A model generated the notes under the pieces. It saw only the letters and a list, made by a program, of their open reading frames with translations. It did no database searches and was not told where the DNA came from. DNA of 64,000 nucleotides, taken from Carcharhinus longimanus (lineage: Eukaryota). The position numbers were made by a program, and so were the translations under genes. Every line of letters starts with the position of its first letter. Positions within the stretch are counted from its first letter, which is position 1. Positions 63,568-64,000 of this stretch are shown here, piece by piece. Where the stretch lies: the NCBI GenBank assembly GCA_030264375.1, contig JASCQW010000139.1, positions 31,282,398 to 31,346,397 of the forward strand, in the 5' to 3' direction.

Positions 63568-64000
63568 CTGTTTTGATAATAAAAGTGTAAAGAAACAGTT
63601 GCACTTTCAAAACCAAACAAGGACACACAACTTTCAAAAATATTTTCATCACATCAGCCTTCGCCATTATGACCCTCTGGCACTGATCGCAACTTCAGGA
63701 TTTAGCACAAATGCAATCTAATATGGAAATCCTGGATTTGTAGTCTATCTTTTCACTGCTGTATGACACAGTGAGCTGCAGAACTTCTCGCCTGCCCTGT
63801 CAGAGTCAGTAAGGAGCAAATTGAGGGAGACTTAGGGGAGAATTTCCCATGCTCCACAATCATACCACTATTAGAAGCGTCTCTATTAAAGGCACTATGA
63901 AAAGTTAGGCCTTTTTCAATGCGGCAGAACTAGATTTTTAAATGGCAATCTGATTAATAAGAAGCAATTTGACCTTGCAAAAATTTTAGCTTCATAAAAT

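Overview
Vertebrate nuclear DNA, almost certainly from a shark or ray (inferred from HE1-type SINEs, DeuSINE/SacSINE1-like SINEs, and CR1, L2, Rex-type, Tx1 and Penelope-like retroelements). It is a draft assembly with many N gaps. Three intron-containing genes were reconstructed by hand from GT-AG splice sites and recalled similarity to vertebrate orthologues: MRPS17 (+, 2 coding exons, 137 aa), NIPSNAP2/GBAS (+, 10 coding exons, about 294 aa) and the last three coding exons of PSPH (-). This is the same gene order as in human. Most ORFs in the supplied track are spurious or belong to decayed retroelements. The most notable observations are: (1) a dispersed element headed by U2 snRNA nt 1-38, with a second internal U2-like stem carrying an octamer motif; (2) a Penelope-like inverted repeat with a target-site duplication and an intact minimal hammerhead ribozyme in MRPS17 intron 1; (3) an in-frame TAG in NIPSNAP2 exon 5 beside a 10-N gap; (4) a 63-nt near-perfect hairpin in the last NIPSNAP2 intron; (5) a 1.5-kb probable solo LTR; and (6) two unexplained local direct repeats. 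No database searches were run. Family names and orthologue comparisons come from recalled motifs, and repeat boundaries are approximate.
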